Positions 9,994-20,810 of a stretch of 64,000 bases of DNA are shown one piece after another. Both the position numbers and the translations under genes were made by a program. The notes beneath the pieces are model-generated. The model was not told where the DNA came from. It saw nothing but the letters and a program-made list of their open reading frames with translations, and did no database searches. This DNA is from an uncultured bacterium (GTDB taxonomy: Bacteria; Krumholzibacteriota; Krumholzibacteriia; Krumholzibacteriales; Krumholzibacteriaceae). Numbering within the stretch: the first letter of the stretch is position 1; every line of letters begins with the position of its first letter. The DNA is taken from assembly GCA_965371515.1 (NCBI GenBank), contig CBDUYR010000005.1, forward strand, positions 9,312 through 73,311. Direction: 5' to 3'.

Positions 9994-10236
9994 AGCATTA
10001 AAATCCGAACCCGTTCCAATATTTGAAGTTACACAAACATCGCAGGCCTGGAGGCCGTTCTACGCCGGATTTTGCAATAAACGTTCCGTTAAGACCGGTT
10101 CGACCGAGAAAGCAAACACCTCACCCTGGTGGGCCAGTGACTGGCTATATTGACAAAAACGGCTTACTACGCTATAATTTACGTACATTGGACGCATTCC
10201 TTTTGGACCGGGAACGCGCGCGCTGCATCAATAAGG

Positions 10237-11484
10237 ATGTGTGAATTGAGAAAGATTCTTCTTACAGGCGTGCTGCTCGTCGGCGCCCTTTTTCTATCTG
10301 CGGCCGGGGCACATGCCCAGGAGTTCGGTTCGATCCAGCTGGTCGGCAATTTCAGCGGGATCACCTGCGAGCCTGACGACGCCGCCAACAACATGGATCC
10401 CATAGGCGGGAACGTCTGGCAGAAGCTCAAGCTGATCAACGAGCCGGACGACCCCGACACGATATATTTCAAGTTCACCGCGGACGGATCGTACATGCCC
10501 ATGCACTGGGGATGGTCGTTCGTATATGGCTGGGGGACTGCCGCCTATGACTGGAACCCACCGTCGATCGCCTCGGTGTTGCCCGACAGCGGCTACTGGT
10601 ATTTCTTCTTCAACGATTCCACGTACGAGTACTGGCTCGACAGGCCTGACGCCAGCATCGTGGGCACCCTCGAATCGGATCAGCCGGGTGTGCCGGACGG
10701 AGCCGTCGTCAGCCTCACCAGCACGAGCGACGGTCATGTAGAATCCTGCTCGCAGTTCCAGGGCAAGAATTTCGATTTCTCACATCTTCCGGATGGCGAG
10801 TTCGTCGTCCTGGCCAGCGCTCCAGGATACAGGGACACGATGGTCACCGGGATCATGACATCTTCCGGCACGGCTACACAGATATCCCTGACGCTCGTTC
10901 CCGTCACCGCCGTCCAGGTAACAACTGCGCAGTGCGAGAGGGTCAATGGTGGCGTGGTCCTTTCCTGGATCGCGTACTGCTGCGGCGAGACGACCGGTTT
11001 CGACATCTACCGAAGCGACAGCTCCGACCTTGCCTCTGCCGTGAGGAGAAACGAGGAACCGATTTACGGCATCACGAGTTTCAGCTGGTTCGACGAATGC
11101 GACGAGCCGCAGGTCGACAGGTACTACTGGCTGATCGAGCTCGATTCCGCCGACCCGACAATAGTCGGGCCGCTGTTCGCACCGGGGCTTCCCGGAGTGC
11201 CCAGTTCAATAGGCCAGAACTACCCCAATCCCTTCAACCCGGCGACTACGATCCCGTTCACGGTCGGATCGTCCGAAAAGGACAGCCGGGTGACGATCGC
11301 TTTCTACGACGTGTTGGGCAGGACTATAGCCAGGCACGATCTCGGTCATAGATCCGCCGGCGACCACGCGTACGTCTGGAACCCGGCTCTCTCTTCGGGA
11401 AGGTCCATGCCTTCAGGCGTTTACTACTGCAGGCTGCAGATCGGCAAGAAGGCATTCAACCGAAAGATGATTCTGCTCAGGTGA
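10237..11484 (+). CDS. Secreted protein with carboxypeptidase-regulatory-like beta-sandwich and Por/T9SS C-terminal sorting domain
   Basis: Signal peptide MCELRKILLTGVLLVGALFLSAAGAHAQ; C-terminus QNYPNPFNPATTIPFTV...TIAFYDVLGRTIA...YVWNP...SGVYYCRLQIG...KMILLR matches the TIGR04183-type T9SS CTD pattern. Confidence 0.6.
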   Translation: MCELRKILLTGVLLVGALFLSAAGAHAQEFGSIQLVGNFSGITCEPDDAANNMDPIGGNVWQKLKLINEPDDPDTIYFKFTADGSYMPMHWGWSFVYGWGTAAYDWNPPSIASVLPDSGYWYFFFNDSTYEYWLDRPDASIVGTLESDQPGVPDGAVVSLTSTSDGHVESCSQFQGKNFDFSHLPDGEFVVLASAPGYRDTMVTGIMTSSGTATQISLTLVPVTAVQVTTAQCERVNGGVVLSWIAYCCGETTGFDIYRSDSSDLASAVRRNEEPIYGITSFSWFDECDEPQVDRYYWLIELDSADPTIVGPLFAPGLPGVPSSIGQNYPNPFNPATTIPFTVGSSEKDSRVTIAFYDVLGRTIARHDLGHRSAGDHAYVWNPALSSGRSMPSGVYYCRLQIGKKAFNRKMILLR

Positions 11485-11618
11485 TAAATGCTCGCATCGC
11501 CGGGGGGAGTTCCGGATTGAACGGATCGAAGTACAGGAAAATCATCCGGGACATGATAGTCCCACAGACCCGGGTCTGCCATGCCCGGACCCGGGTCACC
11601 TTTTTCAGGATATCATCC

Positions 11619-13529
11619 ATGCTCAAACCCGGGTTCCCTTCAGTCGTCATCCTTCTCGTCGCGCTGGTCCTCCTGCCGGCAATACCTGCCGGCGCCGATG
11701 AGAACGCGATCGATCTCGGCAAGCCGCGCCCTATCAATCCCTCGACAAACAACGGCTTCATCCCGGGAGATCCCGAGGCGATGGAGTTTTTCGACTTCGA
11801 GGGGCCCGTCTTGTACAATCCCGACCAGGACGTGAAGGACCATTCCATCGTGATCGTCGACGGCGTCTATCATATCTTCTACATCGTGGCCAACGAGAAA
11901 ACCTTCGGCCATGCCACGTCGACCGACCTTTCCCGGTGGACCTTCCACGAGCCGGTACTTTCGAGGGGACAGCCGGGAGACTGGGACGCCATAGATATCT
12001 GGGCGCCGTGCGTCGTCCTCATGGAAGGGACGGAGGACCACTACCTCATGTTCTATACCGGCGTCAATCCCTCGTGGGCCCAGCTGACCGGGATAGCCTA
12101 TTCGACGAACGGCAACCTCGACTACTGGACCAAGGCCGGCGAAGCGCTCATTGAGCCGTTCGCATGCGATACTTTATGGTGCTCCTGGAGCGAGAACGAG
12201 TACAGCAATTTCCGCGACCCCAACTTCTTCGAAGATGATAGCGGTTGTTATCTCACACAGACAACCAGGACCAGTGCCGAGTATGGAGCCGTGGCGCTCA
12301 CGAGCGGAGACGGCAGGTTCTCCTGGAGCGATGCCGGACCGATGTACGTGCACGAAAACTGGCACCTGCTCGAGAGTACGTTCCTCCTCAAGCGGAACGG
12401 GAAGTACCATCTCTTCTTCACTGAAGAAGGCCTCGGCGGAACCTCGCACATGTTCTCCGATTCACTGACGAGTGGATGGAATATCATCTACAGGTCGATA
12501 ATCGATCACGGCCACGCCCCTGAGATCACGCGGACCCCGTCCGGGGCCGATATCATCTCGAGGCATACGTCATACCTCGACTACACGGGGGACAACGTCT
12601 ACTCTATCAGGTTCGACACCCTCCTGTGGAGCGGCGACGACCCCATAGTCGACCTCGCGCCGCCGCTGGGAGACTGGACCATTCTGAGCGGAGACGCATT
12701 CGATCACCAGCCAGTCTTCGGGGACGCATTCGCTTTCCGCGGCGACGACACGACGAAGGTCGGTTTCGAGGGAAACTGGTGGATAGGGACGGCGGAGAGA
12801 TTCGACGGTCCGATATTCGGATACAGGCCCGGTTCCAAGCAGGGAGACGGGCCGAAAGGCGCCATCCGCTCGAGGACCTTTACCGTGACGGGAAGATCGA
12901 TGCGACTTCTCGTCGGCGGAGGGGATTATCCGGATTCATGTTTCATCGCGCTGATAGACGCCGGCACCGGCGAGACGGCCTACAGCGAGACGGGGCGCGG
13001 TGTGGAAACGATGGACGAGAGGTTCTGGAATCTCGAGCCTTTCATGGGCCGGCAGGTCTACATAGAGATCGTCGACGACTGTTCGTCCCCGATGGGACAT
13101 ATCAACGTCGACTCGATCGAGGAAAGCCCGTTCCCGACACGCACGAGCTCGGCCTCGCCGATCTCCGGCGAATTCGTTCCCGTGAAGGATGGAGACCAGA
13201 ATCCGGCGACAGTCTCGATTTCTGCACCGGAAGGCGCTGCGACTCCATACCCCTCTGAAGAAGTATCATGTTCTCCCAATCCGTTCAATCCCGTCACAAC
13301 GATCAGCTTCACGGCCAGTCCGGGCAGCCTGGTCGAGGTGGTAGTGTTCTCCATTGCAGGGAAACGGATCCGCACCGAGACCGTGATGGCATCCAGCGAC
13401 GGGACCGGTTCCGTCGTATGGGACGGCAGGAGCGACTGCGGACAGCAGGTCGCTTCCGGCATCTACGCCGCTGCCGTCCTCGAAGGCGGCAGGATCGTCG
13501 GCATGACCAAGCTTGTGCTGCTGAGGTGA
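11619..13529 (+). CDS. Secreted beta-propeller glycoside-hydrolase-like protein (GH43/GH32-superfamily-like) with T9SS C-terminal sorting domain
   Basis: Signal peptide MLKPGFPSVVILLVALVLLPAIPAGA; propeller-like motifs DGVYHIFY, WDAIDIWAPCVV, YLMFYTG, KYHLFFTEE; C-terminus SPNPFNPVTTISF...VVFSIAGKRI...VVWDGRSDCGQQVASGIYAAAV...KLVLLR. Confidence 0.55.
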   Translation: MLKPGFPSVVILLVALVLLPAIPAGADENAIDLGKPRPINPSTNNGFIPGDPEAMEFFDFEGPVLYNPDQDVKDHSIVIVDGVYHIFYIVANEKTFGHATSTDLSRWTFHEPVLSRGQPGDWDAIDIWAPCVVLMEGTEDHYLMFYTGVNPSWAQLTGIAYSTNGNLDYWTKAGEALIEPFACDTLWCSWSENEYSNFRDPNFFEDDSGCYLTQTTRTSAEYGAVALTSGDGRFSWSDAGPMYVHENWHLLESTFLLKRNGKYHLFFTEEGLGGTSHMFSDSLTSGWNIIYRSIIDHGHAPEITRTPSGADIISRHTSYLDYTGDNVYSIRFDTLLWSGDDPIVDLAPPLGDWTILSGDAFDHQPVFGDAFAFRGDDTTKVGFEGNWWIGTAERFDGPIFGYRPGSKQGDGPKGAIRSRTFTVTGRSMRLLVGGGDYPDSCFIALIDAGTGETAYSETGRGVETMDERFWNLEPFMGRQVYIEIVDDCSSPMGHINVDSIEESPFPTRTSSASPISGEFVPVKDGDQNPATVSISAPEGAATPYPSEEVSCSPNPFNPVTTISFTASPGSLVEVVVFSIAGKRIRTETVMASSDGTGSVVWDGRSDCGQQVASGIYAAAVLEGGRIVGMTKLVLLR

Positions 13530-13604
13530 CTTCCCCTCTCGAGACAAAGACCGTGTTTCCCTTTTTTACTCGCCCGGCTTCTACCTGAATGCTATCTTGA
13601 ACAC

Positions 13605-14246
13605 ATGAAGCATCTTGCATTGACAGCCACGGTTATCGCGGCGGTGCTGTCATCAGGACTCTCCGCGGAGGGCAGCGAGAGTATCAAGAGCAAGGAGATC
13701 CTGGGAATCAGGATCGGCGGCATCCACAGCACCTCCGGGCTCGACGAAGCCTTCGGGTCGGGGAGCGAGCTCGAGATCTATTTCTACCACGGTCTGACAT
13801 CGTCGGCGGCGTTAGGCATTTCTCTGTCGGGGCACGATTTCGGAAAATCGCGGCTTCCTGAAAAAGATCTCGAGTTCCTCGGGATTCCCCAGCCGGTCGA
13901 TTTCATGATCTACTCCCTCACCGGATGCCTGATGGCGAAGACCGACCTGTCGAAAAAGCTCAGGATCAGCGGCGAGTTCGGCGGGGGACTTTACACGAGT
14001 ACCACGAGCATTCCAGCCGGCGCTATGATAGAGGGACGGATCACATATAACCATCCGGGGCTTTACGTCGGCAGCGAGCTCTCGTGGCGTCTGTCGAAGG
14101 GCGGGATCCATCTCAGCCTGGGCGGGAAGTGGCATTACGCATTCACGGGCACCGATTACAGGCAGCCGATTTACGTATACACGGGCAGGGACTATACGCA
14201 CTTTTTCCAGGTGACTCTCGGCATATCCTTTTACACTGACGACTGA
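13605..14246 (+). CDS. Outer-membrane beta-barrel protein (hypothetical)
   Basis: Signal peptide MKHLALTATVIAAVLSSGLSAEG; amphipathic beta-strand pattern; small OmpA-like 8-10 strand barrel size. Confidence 0.45.
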   Translation: MKHLALTATVIAAVLSSGLSAEGSESIKSKEILGIRIGGIHSTSGLDEAFGSGSELEIYFYHGLTSSAALGISLSGHDFGKSRLPEKDLEFLGIPQPVDFMIYSLTGCLMAKTDLSKKLRISGEFGGGLYTSTTSIPAGAMIEGRITYNHPGLYVGSELSWRLSKGGIHLSLGGKWHYAFTGTDYRQPIYVYTGRDYTHFFQVTLGISFYTDD

Positions 14247-14286
14247 GCCGGCCCGCAACACGGCAAGGGAATCACGGTCTTAAAAA

Positions 14287-14835
14287 ATGGAGGCAGAGTT
14301 GAGCGACAGGGAAGAGCTTAAGAAGATCCTGATCGAACGGTCGATTCTCAAGGGTGATTTCACGCTGGTCTCGGGCAAGAAGAGCACCTACTACATCAAC
14401 GGCAAGATGACGACCCTCCACGCAAAGGGCCTGTACCTTTCCGCCAGGCTCCTGCTCGAGAGCCTGGGCGACCTCGAATACGACGGGTTCGCCGGTCCGG
14501 TCATCGGCGCCGATCCGATCATCGGGGCACTGCTCGCCCTTTCGGCCGAGCGTGGCGAGGAGAAGGAAGGCTTTCTCATCCGAAAGGAAGCGAAGGGTCA
14601 CGGCACACAGAAGCTCGTCGAAGGAAAACTCGAGTCGGGAATGAAAGTGATAATCGTCGAGGACGTCGTCACCACCGGCGGCTCCCTTCTAAGGGCGGCG
14701 GAGGCCATAGAGGCCGGCGGCGGCGAGATCGCTGCGGTCCATGTGCTTGTTGACAGGGAAGAAGGCGCCGTGGACAGGATCGCCGGGGCAGGTTACGAGT
14801 TCAGGTCGCTCTTCAGGGTCAGCGAGCTTCTCTGA
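14287..14835 (+). CDS. pyrE: Orotate phosphoribosyltransferase
   Basis: PRPP-binding motif KVIIVEDVVTTGGS; type I PRTase fold of PyrE length (182 aa). Confidence 0.8.
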   Translation: MEAELSDREELKKILIERSILKGDFTLVSGKKSTYYINGKMTTLHAKGLYLSARLLLESLGDLEYDGFAGPVIGADPIIGALLALSAERGEEKEGFLIRKEAKGHGTQKLVEGKLESGMKVIIVEDVVTTGGSLLRAAEAIEAGGGEIAAVHVLVDREEGAVDRIAGAGYEFRSLFRVSELL

Positions 14836-15229
14836 CCTCGGCAAAGCATATCCCGGTCGCCACGACCGCTCCGCCACCAAACAGTCCCTTCCACTTCACG
14901 CGCACCGATACCCGGCTGACCTCGCCGGACGGATCGCGCACGATTCTGGTGTCGAGCCAATATACGGCGCCGCAGCCGTCGTCGCAGCTCATGATCCGGC
15001 CTTCCGCGGAGCATTTTCCCGTCAGCTTCATCTCTTCCATCGCCCTGTCGAGATGCATCTCGGCGATCATAGACGCCTCTGCGGCGGGATCCCAGTTCTT
15101 CGACTCGGCGCCCGTGAACAGCATGGGTGACGAGATGACGCACGCCAGGAGAAGACTCGAGACTGCTGTGAGGATAACGATTTGAGTAGATCGAATCCGC
15201 TTTTCCACCGGTGTCCTCCCACAAGACAT
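14819..15229 (-). CDS. Small secreted hypothetical protein (3' end overlaps pyrE convergently)
   Basis: Signal peptide IVILTAVSSLLLACVISSPM; several Cys (SCDDGCG). Weak call; alternative-frame ORFs exist. Confidence 0.3.
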   Translation of the reverse strand: MSCGRTPVEKRIRSTQIVILTAVSSLLLACVISSPMLFTGAESKNWDPAAEASMIAEMHLDRAMEEMKLTGKCSAEGRIMSCDDGCGAVYWLDTRIVRDPSGEVSRVSVRVKWKGLFGGGAVVATGICFAEVREAR

Positions 15230-15353
15230 CTATCAGGAAACACCCCGTAGCGGAAAAGCATCGCATTAAACATGCCAGAGGGAACCCGGCCCGCCGGGGA
15301 GGCGGATCTGGTATCGAGAGTATGTAATCGTCCTGATCAGAGCAGTTTGCGGA

Positions 15354-16118
15354 TCAGGGCATCGTAACCGCTGTATCGCTCTCCATCACCGTGAAGAAAT
15401 CGTCGGGGAAATCGACGCCGAAACTGACGACCGGTAACAGAAACTCGAAGTATTCCACGTTCTTGTAGTAGCCGGTAAACCTGTTGGGGAACCAGATACC
15501 GTCTGTCTTGACGTAATCGGAATACTCCTCCCTGAAGGAGAAACTCGAGTCGGAAACGCTTGAAATTGTGACCTGCCTGACGAGGAACGACTCCTCGTCG
15601 AGGCCGACATCGACGATGTTGTCCATCTTCTCGAACCTGATGTGATACAGGCCGTCCCAGTATTTGCTCTCGATATGCTCCAGGGCAAGCCCGCCGGCGT
15701 TCAGGTAGTCCAGGATCATCGGAAACCTGTACCCGATCATCTCGACTTCCCACTCCGGTACGTCCGCCGCCCCCTTCCTGCGAGACCACGCGAGCCTCTC
15801 ACTCTCGTTTACTACTAGGAGCTGAAGATCGACGACCTCTCCCTCGAAGACCCTGTATGTCTTCGTCTTGTATTCCATTCCCCTCTGAAATACGTCGAAG
15901 GGATAGTTAGTCGCGACATGTCCCGGCGGGAGCTGTTTTCTGAATCCCCTGCCCTCGAAGCTCGTAAGCAGGGGGAGGTTCCTCTCTCCGCCATATGCCT
16001 TTAACATCTTCTCGACGGCGTCTTCCGGGTCCTTCACGTTCCCCGAGCACGACGCGATCAGCGCCGCGGAGGCGACCAGCGCCAGTGTCAATTTAACGAA
16101 TCTTCCCGATCCTGTCAT
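15354..16118 (-). CDS. Lipoprotein (hypothetical)
   Basis: MTGSGRFVKLTLALVASAALIASCSG lipobox; ATG at 16118 preceded by aaagggga. Confidence 0.5.
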   Translation of the reverse strand: MTGSGRFVKLTLALVASAALIASCSGNVKDPEDAVEKMLKAYGGERNLPLLTSFEGRGFRKQLPPGHVATNYPFDVFQRGMEYKTKTYRVFEGEVVDLQLLVVNESERLAWSRRKGAADVPEWEVEMIGYRFPMILDYLNAGGLALEHIESKYWDGLYHIRFEKMDNIVDVGLDEESFLVRQVTISSVSDSSFSFREEYSDYVKTDGIWFPNRFTGYYKNVEYFEFLLPVVSFGVDFPDDFFTVMESDTAVTMP

Positions 16119-16165
16119 GGAAGCCACATTCTCCCCTTTCGATCTTCTTCTTACAATCACGCCGA

Positions 16166-17155
16166 TCACTGGAGATGCCCGGACTCGATCAGCTCGTTTT
16201 TTCCGTCTCTCGCCAGGGCGTATGAAAATCCTTCTTTGAGCGCGAACGCGCCGATCTCACCCCTTTTATTAACCGCGATATAGCCTACCTGGAAATCGAT
16301 CTTCCCGCCCTGCTTCTCGAATATCCTTTCGAGAGCGGCCCTGCAGGCCTTCTCCGGGGACATCCCCCTGCGCATGTTCTCCACTACGAGGAAACTGCCG
16401 CATGTCTTGATGACGGCCTCTCCCCTGCCGGTCGCCGCGACGGCGCCGACCTCGTTGTCGACGTACATCCCCGCGCCGATTATCGGCGAGTCTCCCACTC
16501 GCCCGTGTATCTTGAATGCCAGGCCCGAGGTCGTGCATGCGCCGGCGAGATCGCCGGCCGCGTCGAGCGCGATCATTCCTATCGTGTCGTGGTTCTTCTC
16601 GCCCCCGGGAAACCAGTCGTCCTTCCCGCTCAACCCCGACTTCCACTTAACCCAAGCCTTCCTTGCTTCCTCGGTCAACAGGTCCTCGCGTTCGAAACCG
16701 ACCCTGCGCGCGAACTCCTCGGCGCCCCCTCCGACGACCATCACGTGGTCGGTGTCTTCCATCACCCTTCGGGCGATCGATATCGGATGCTTGTATCCCT
16801 CGACGAACGCAGTCGAACCGCAGTTCCCGTCCGGCCCCATTATGCATGCGTCGAGCGTCACCCTGCAGTCCTCGTCGGGGATGCCGCCGTAACCGACGCT
16901 CCTCACCTCAGGGTCCGCCTCAGGGACCTGCACACCGGCCTCGACCGAATCCAGCGCCGTCCCTCCCGACGAAAGTATCCTCCATGCGGCATCGTTCGCC
17001 GCAATCCCATGTTTCCATGTCGATATCACGACGGGGCCGCCCCTGCCGCCACTCCCGGCGGGACCGGCGAACAACCTGTCCATTGGGATGAGCCCGCCGG
17101 CTGCGCCGAGGGCCGCGGACATCTTCAGAAAAGTTCTACGCGTGAAGCCTGGCAT
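16166..17155 (-). CDS. Ntn-hydrolase of the isoaspartyl peptidase / glycosylasparaginase (asparaginase 2) family, Tat-secreted
   Basis: Twin-arginine signal MPGFTRRTFLKMSAALGAAG; autoproteolytic site HDTIGMIALD; GAGMYVDNEVGAVAATGRGE motif. Confidence 0.7.
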   Translation of the reverse strand: MPGFTRRTFLKMSAALGAAGGLIPMDRLFAGPAGSGGRGGPVVISTWKHGIAANDAAWRILSSGGTALDSVEAGVQVPEADPEVRSVGYGGIPDEDCRVTLDACIMGPDGNCGSTAFVEGYKHPISIARRVMEDTDHVMVVGGGAEEFARRVGFEREDLLTEEARKAWVKWKSGLSGKDDWFPGGEKNHDTIGMIALDAAGDLAGACTTSGLAFKIHGRVGDSPIIGAGMYVDNEVGAVAATGRGEAVIKTCGSFLVVENMRRGMSPEKACRAALERIFEKQGGKIDFQVGYIAVNKRGEIGAFALKEGFSYALARDGKNELIESGHLQ

Positions 17156-17331
17156 CGGTTCCTCCTTTTACCGTCGAAAGATCGTCTGGAGGATTATATT
17201 TCAACGCGCCGTGAGGTTCCACAGAGAAAAGTCCTCGGAGCGCCGATAAAAATACCGGGCGGCTGCCGGATGCCTCCGCCCGGTATGTCTTCTGATCGCA
17301 AGCGGCCACGACGTCGGGCCGCCGTCTTCCT

Positions 17332-18045
17332 CTAGCCGAGCCTGCGCCTGACAAGCTCCTTCTTGAGCTCGGAGATCGCCTTTGTCGGATTTAGATCCTT
17401 CGGGCATGCCTCCACGCAGTTGAAGATCGTATGGCAGCGCCACAGGCCGTGCCTGTCGTCGAGCGCCTCGAGATGCTCTGCGCTCCCCTCGTCCCTGCTG
17501 TCGGCGATAAACCTGTAAGCCTTGAGGAAGGCGTGAGGACCGAGATACTCCTTGTCCGCCCAGAACGAGGGGCATGACGAGGTGCATGAACCGCAGAGGA
17601 TGCACTCGTAGAGGCCGTCGATCTTCTCCCTCTCCTCGGGGGACTGGAGCCTCTCCTGGTCGCTCGGGGGCGGCGAGTGGGTTATCAGGTACGGCTTCAC
17701 CGCAAGTATCCCGCGCACCAGCGGATCGAGGGAGACAACAAGGTCCTTTATGACGGGATAGCTGCGCATCGGCTCGACAGTGATCGTCGATCCACCGACC
17801 TCGAGCACCTGCGTCTCGCATGCGAGGTTGTTGACCCCGTTGATCGTCATCGCGCACGAGCCGCAGATCCCGCTCCGGCACGAACGCCTGAAGGTCAGGG
17901 TCCCGTCCTGTTTCCACTTGATCTCGTTGAGAGCGTCGAGGAGTGTCGTGCCCTTCTCCACGTCGAGCTGATACTCCTGCATGTAGTGACCCCGACGCTC
18001 GTCGTCCGGATTGAAACGATTGATCCTGAACGTGATCATTGCCAT
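17332..18045 (-). CDS. sdhB: Succinate dehydrogenase/fumarate reductase iron-sulfur subunit
   Basis: CRSGICGSCAM (2Fe-2S), CILCGSCTSSCP (4Fe-4S), CHTIFNCVEACP (3Fe-4S). Start at MAMITF; ORF extends to 18132. Confidence 0.85.
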   Translation of the reverse strand: MAMITFRINRFNPDDERRGHYMQEYQLDVEKGTTLLDALNEIKWKQDGTLTFRRSCRSGICGSCAMTINGVNNLACETQVLEVGGSTITVEPMRSYPVIKDLVVSLDPLVRGILAVKPYLITHSPPPSDQERLQSPEEREKIDGLYECILCGSCTSSCPSFWADKEYLGPHAFLKAYRFIADSRDEGSAEHLEALDDRHGLWRCHTIFNCVEACPKDLNPTKAISELKKELVRRRLG

Positions 18046-18058
18046 TCCGGGGCCTCCT

Positions 18059-19846
<1,788 letters not shown>

Positions 19847-19852
19847 GACAGG

Positions 19853-20215
19853 TCAACCTCCGTACTGGAACGAGATCATCGTCAGGGCGCCGTAAACAGT
19901 AAAAACAAGCCCGATGACGGCGATAACGCACCAGATAAGTATCCTCATCCACTGAATGTGGATGTAGTCGCCGAGGACGAGCCACAGACCGTACAGCCCG
20001 TGCATCAGCGCCACGACGAGGAACGAGATGTTAATTGTCTTCCAGAGAGGAGTCGCCACGCGCTCGGCGATCGTGCCGTAAGCAAGCTCGTCCTTCATCA
20101 GAACGTGCAGCACAAGGACGTGGACGAACAGGACAATAGCGAGATAGAGCCCGCTCAGGCGGTGGAAGAACCACCAGAGAGCTCCGCCCGACCTTGTTGT
20201 CTCATTATAACCCAT
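19853..20215 (-). CDS. sdhD: Succinate dehydrogenase hydrophobic membrane anchor subunit
   Basis: 120 aa, 3 TM helices, conserved His; position between sdhC and sdhA. Confidence 0.65.
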   Translation of the reverse strand: MGYNETTRSGGALWWFFHRLSGLYLAIVLFVHVLVLHVLMKDELAYGTIAERVATPLWKTINISFLVVALMHGLYGLWLVLGDYIHIQWMRILIWCVIAVIGLVFTVYGALTMISFQYGG

Positions 20216-20228
20216 TGCGGCCTCCCTT

Positions 20229-20600
20229 CTAACCCGTCGCGGACATCATCCGCGATATCATTACCGCGGCGGAGGCGCCCCAGCAGGCGAGCCATACCGC
20301 TACGGCGATGACGAAAAGCGTCTTCTGCTTCTCGACCATCACGCCCATGTCTATCAGGGTGATCCTCAGTCCATTGAACATGTGGAAGAAGATCACCCCG
20401 ACGAGCCCGATCTCCATAAACTTGAATAGCGGGCCGCCGAAGAAGTGCATAATCCCGTCGAAGGATTCCTCACCGCCGGACAGGTGGCTGATCACCCATA
20501 TATGCAGGAGCAGGTAGAAGATCAGCCCGAGGCCTGAAAGGCGATGAAGGATCCATGCAAACGTGCCCGCATGGATGCGGTAACGCTTGATCACCCTCAT
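20229..20600 (-). CDS. sdhC: Succinate dehydrogenase cytochrome b556 subunit
   Basis: 123 aa, 3 TM helices, HRLSG motif (also present in sdhD); first gene of sdhCDAB. Confidence 0.65.
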   Translation of the reverse strand: MRVIKRYRIHAGTFAWILHRLSGLGLIFYLLLHIWVISHLSGGEESFDGIMHFFGGPLFKFMEIGLVGVIFFHMFNGLRITLIDMGVMVEKQKTLFVIAVAVWLACWGASAAVMISRMMSATG

Positions 20601-20702
20601 CGGGTTCCTCCCGGGTTAAAGAAAGCCGTGGGCTCCGCGGCGATCGCCATGGAACCCGATTGACCTTACTCTGTAAACGACTTGATCAGCAGTAACGGGT
20701 GC

Positions 20703-20731
20703 AATATAGCACAGGAAAATGTGGTCGTCAA
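20703..20731 (-). promoter_or_regulatory. Putative sigma70-type promoter of sdhCDAB
   Basis: On the minus strand: TTGACG, 17-nt spacer, TATATT; about 100 nt upstream of the sdhC start. Confidence 0.35.
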
Positions 20732-20810
20732 CGTTCGACGGAAATCAGTGTTATTTACTGCGACCATTCATCATGCCCCGGGGGTTCCGCCTATGGAAAC
20801 CCCTGCCCCG

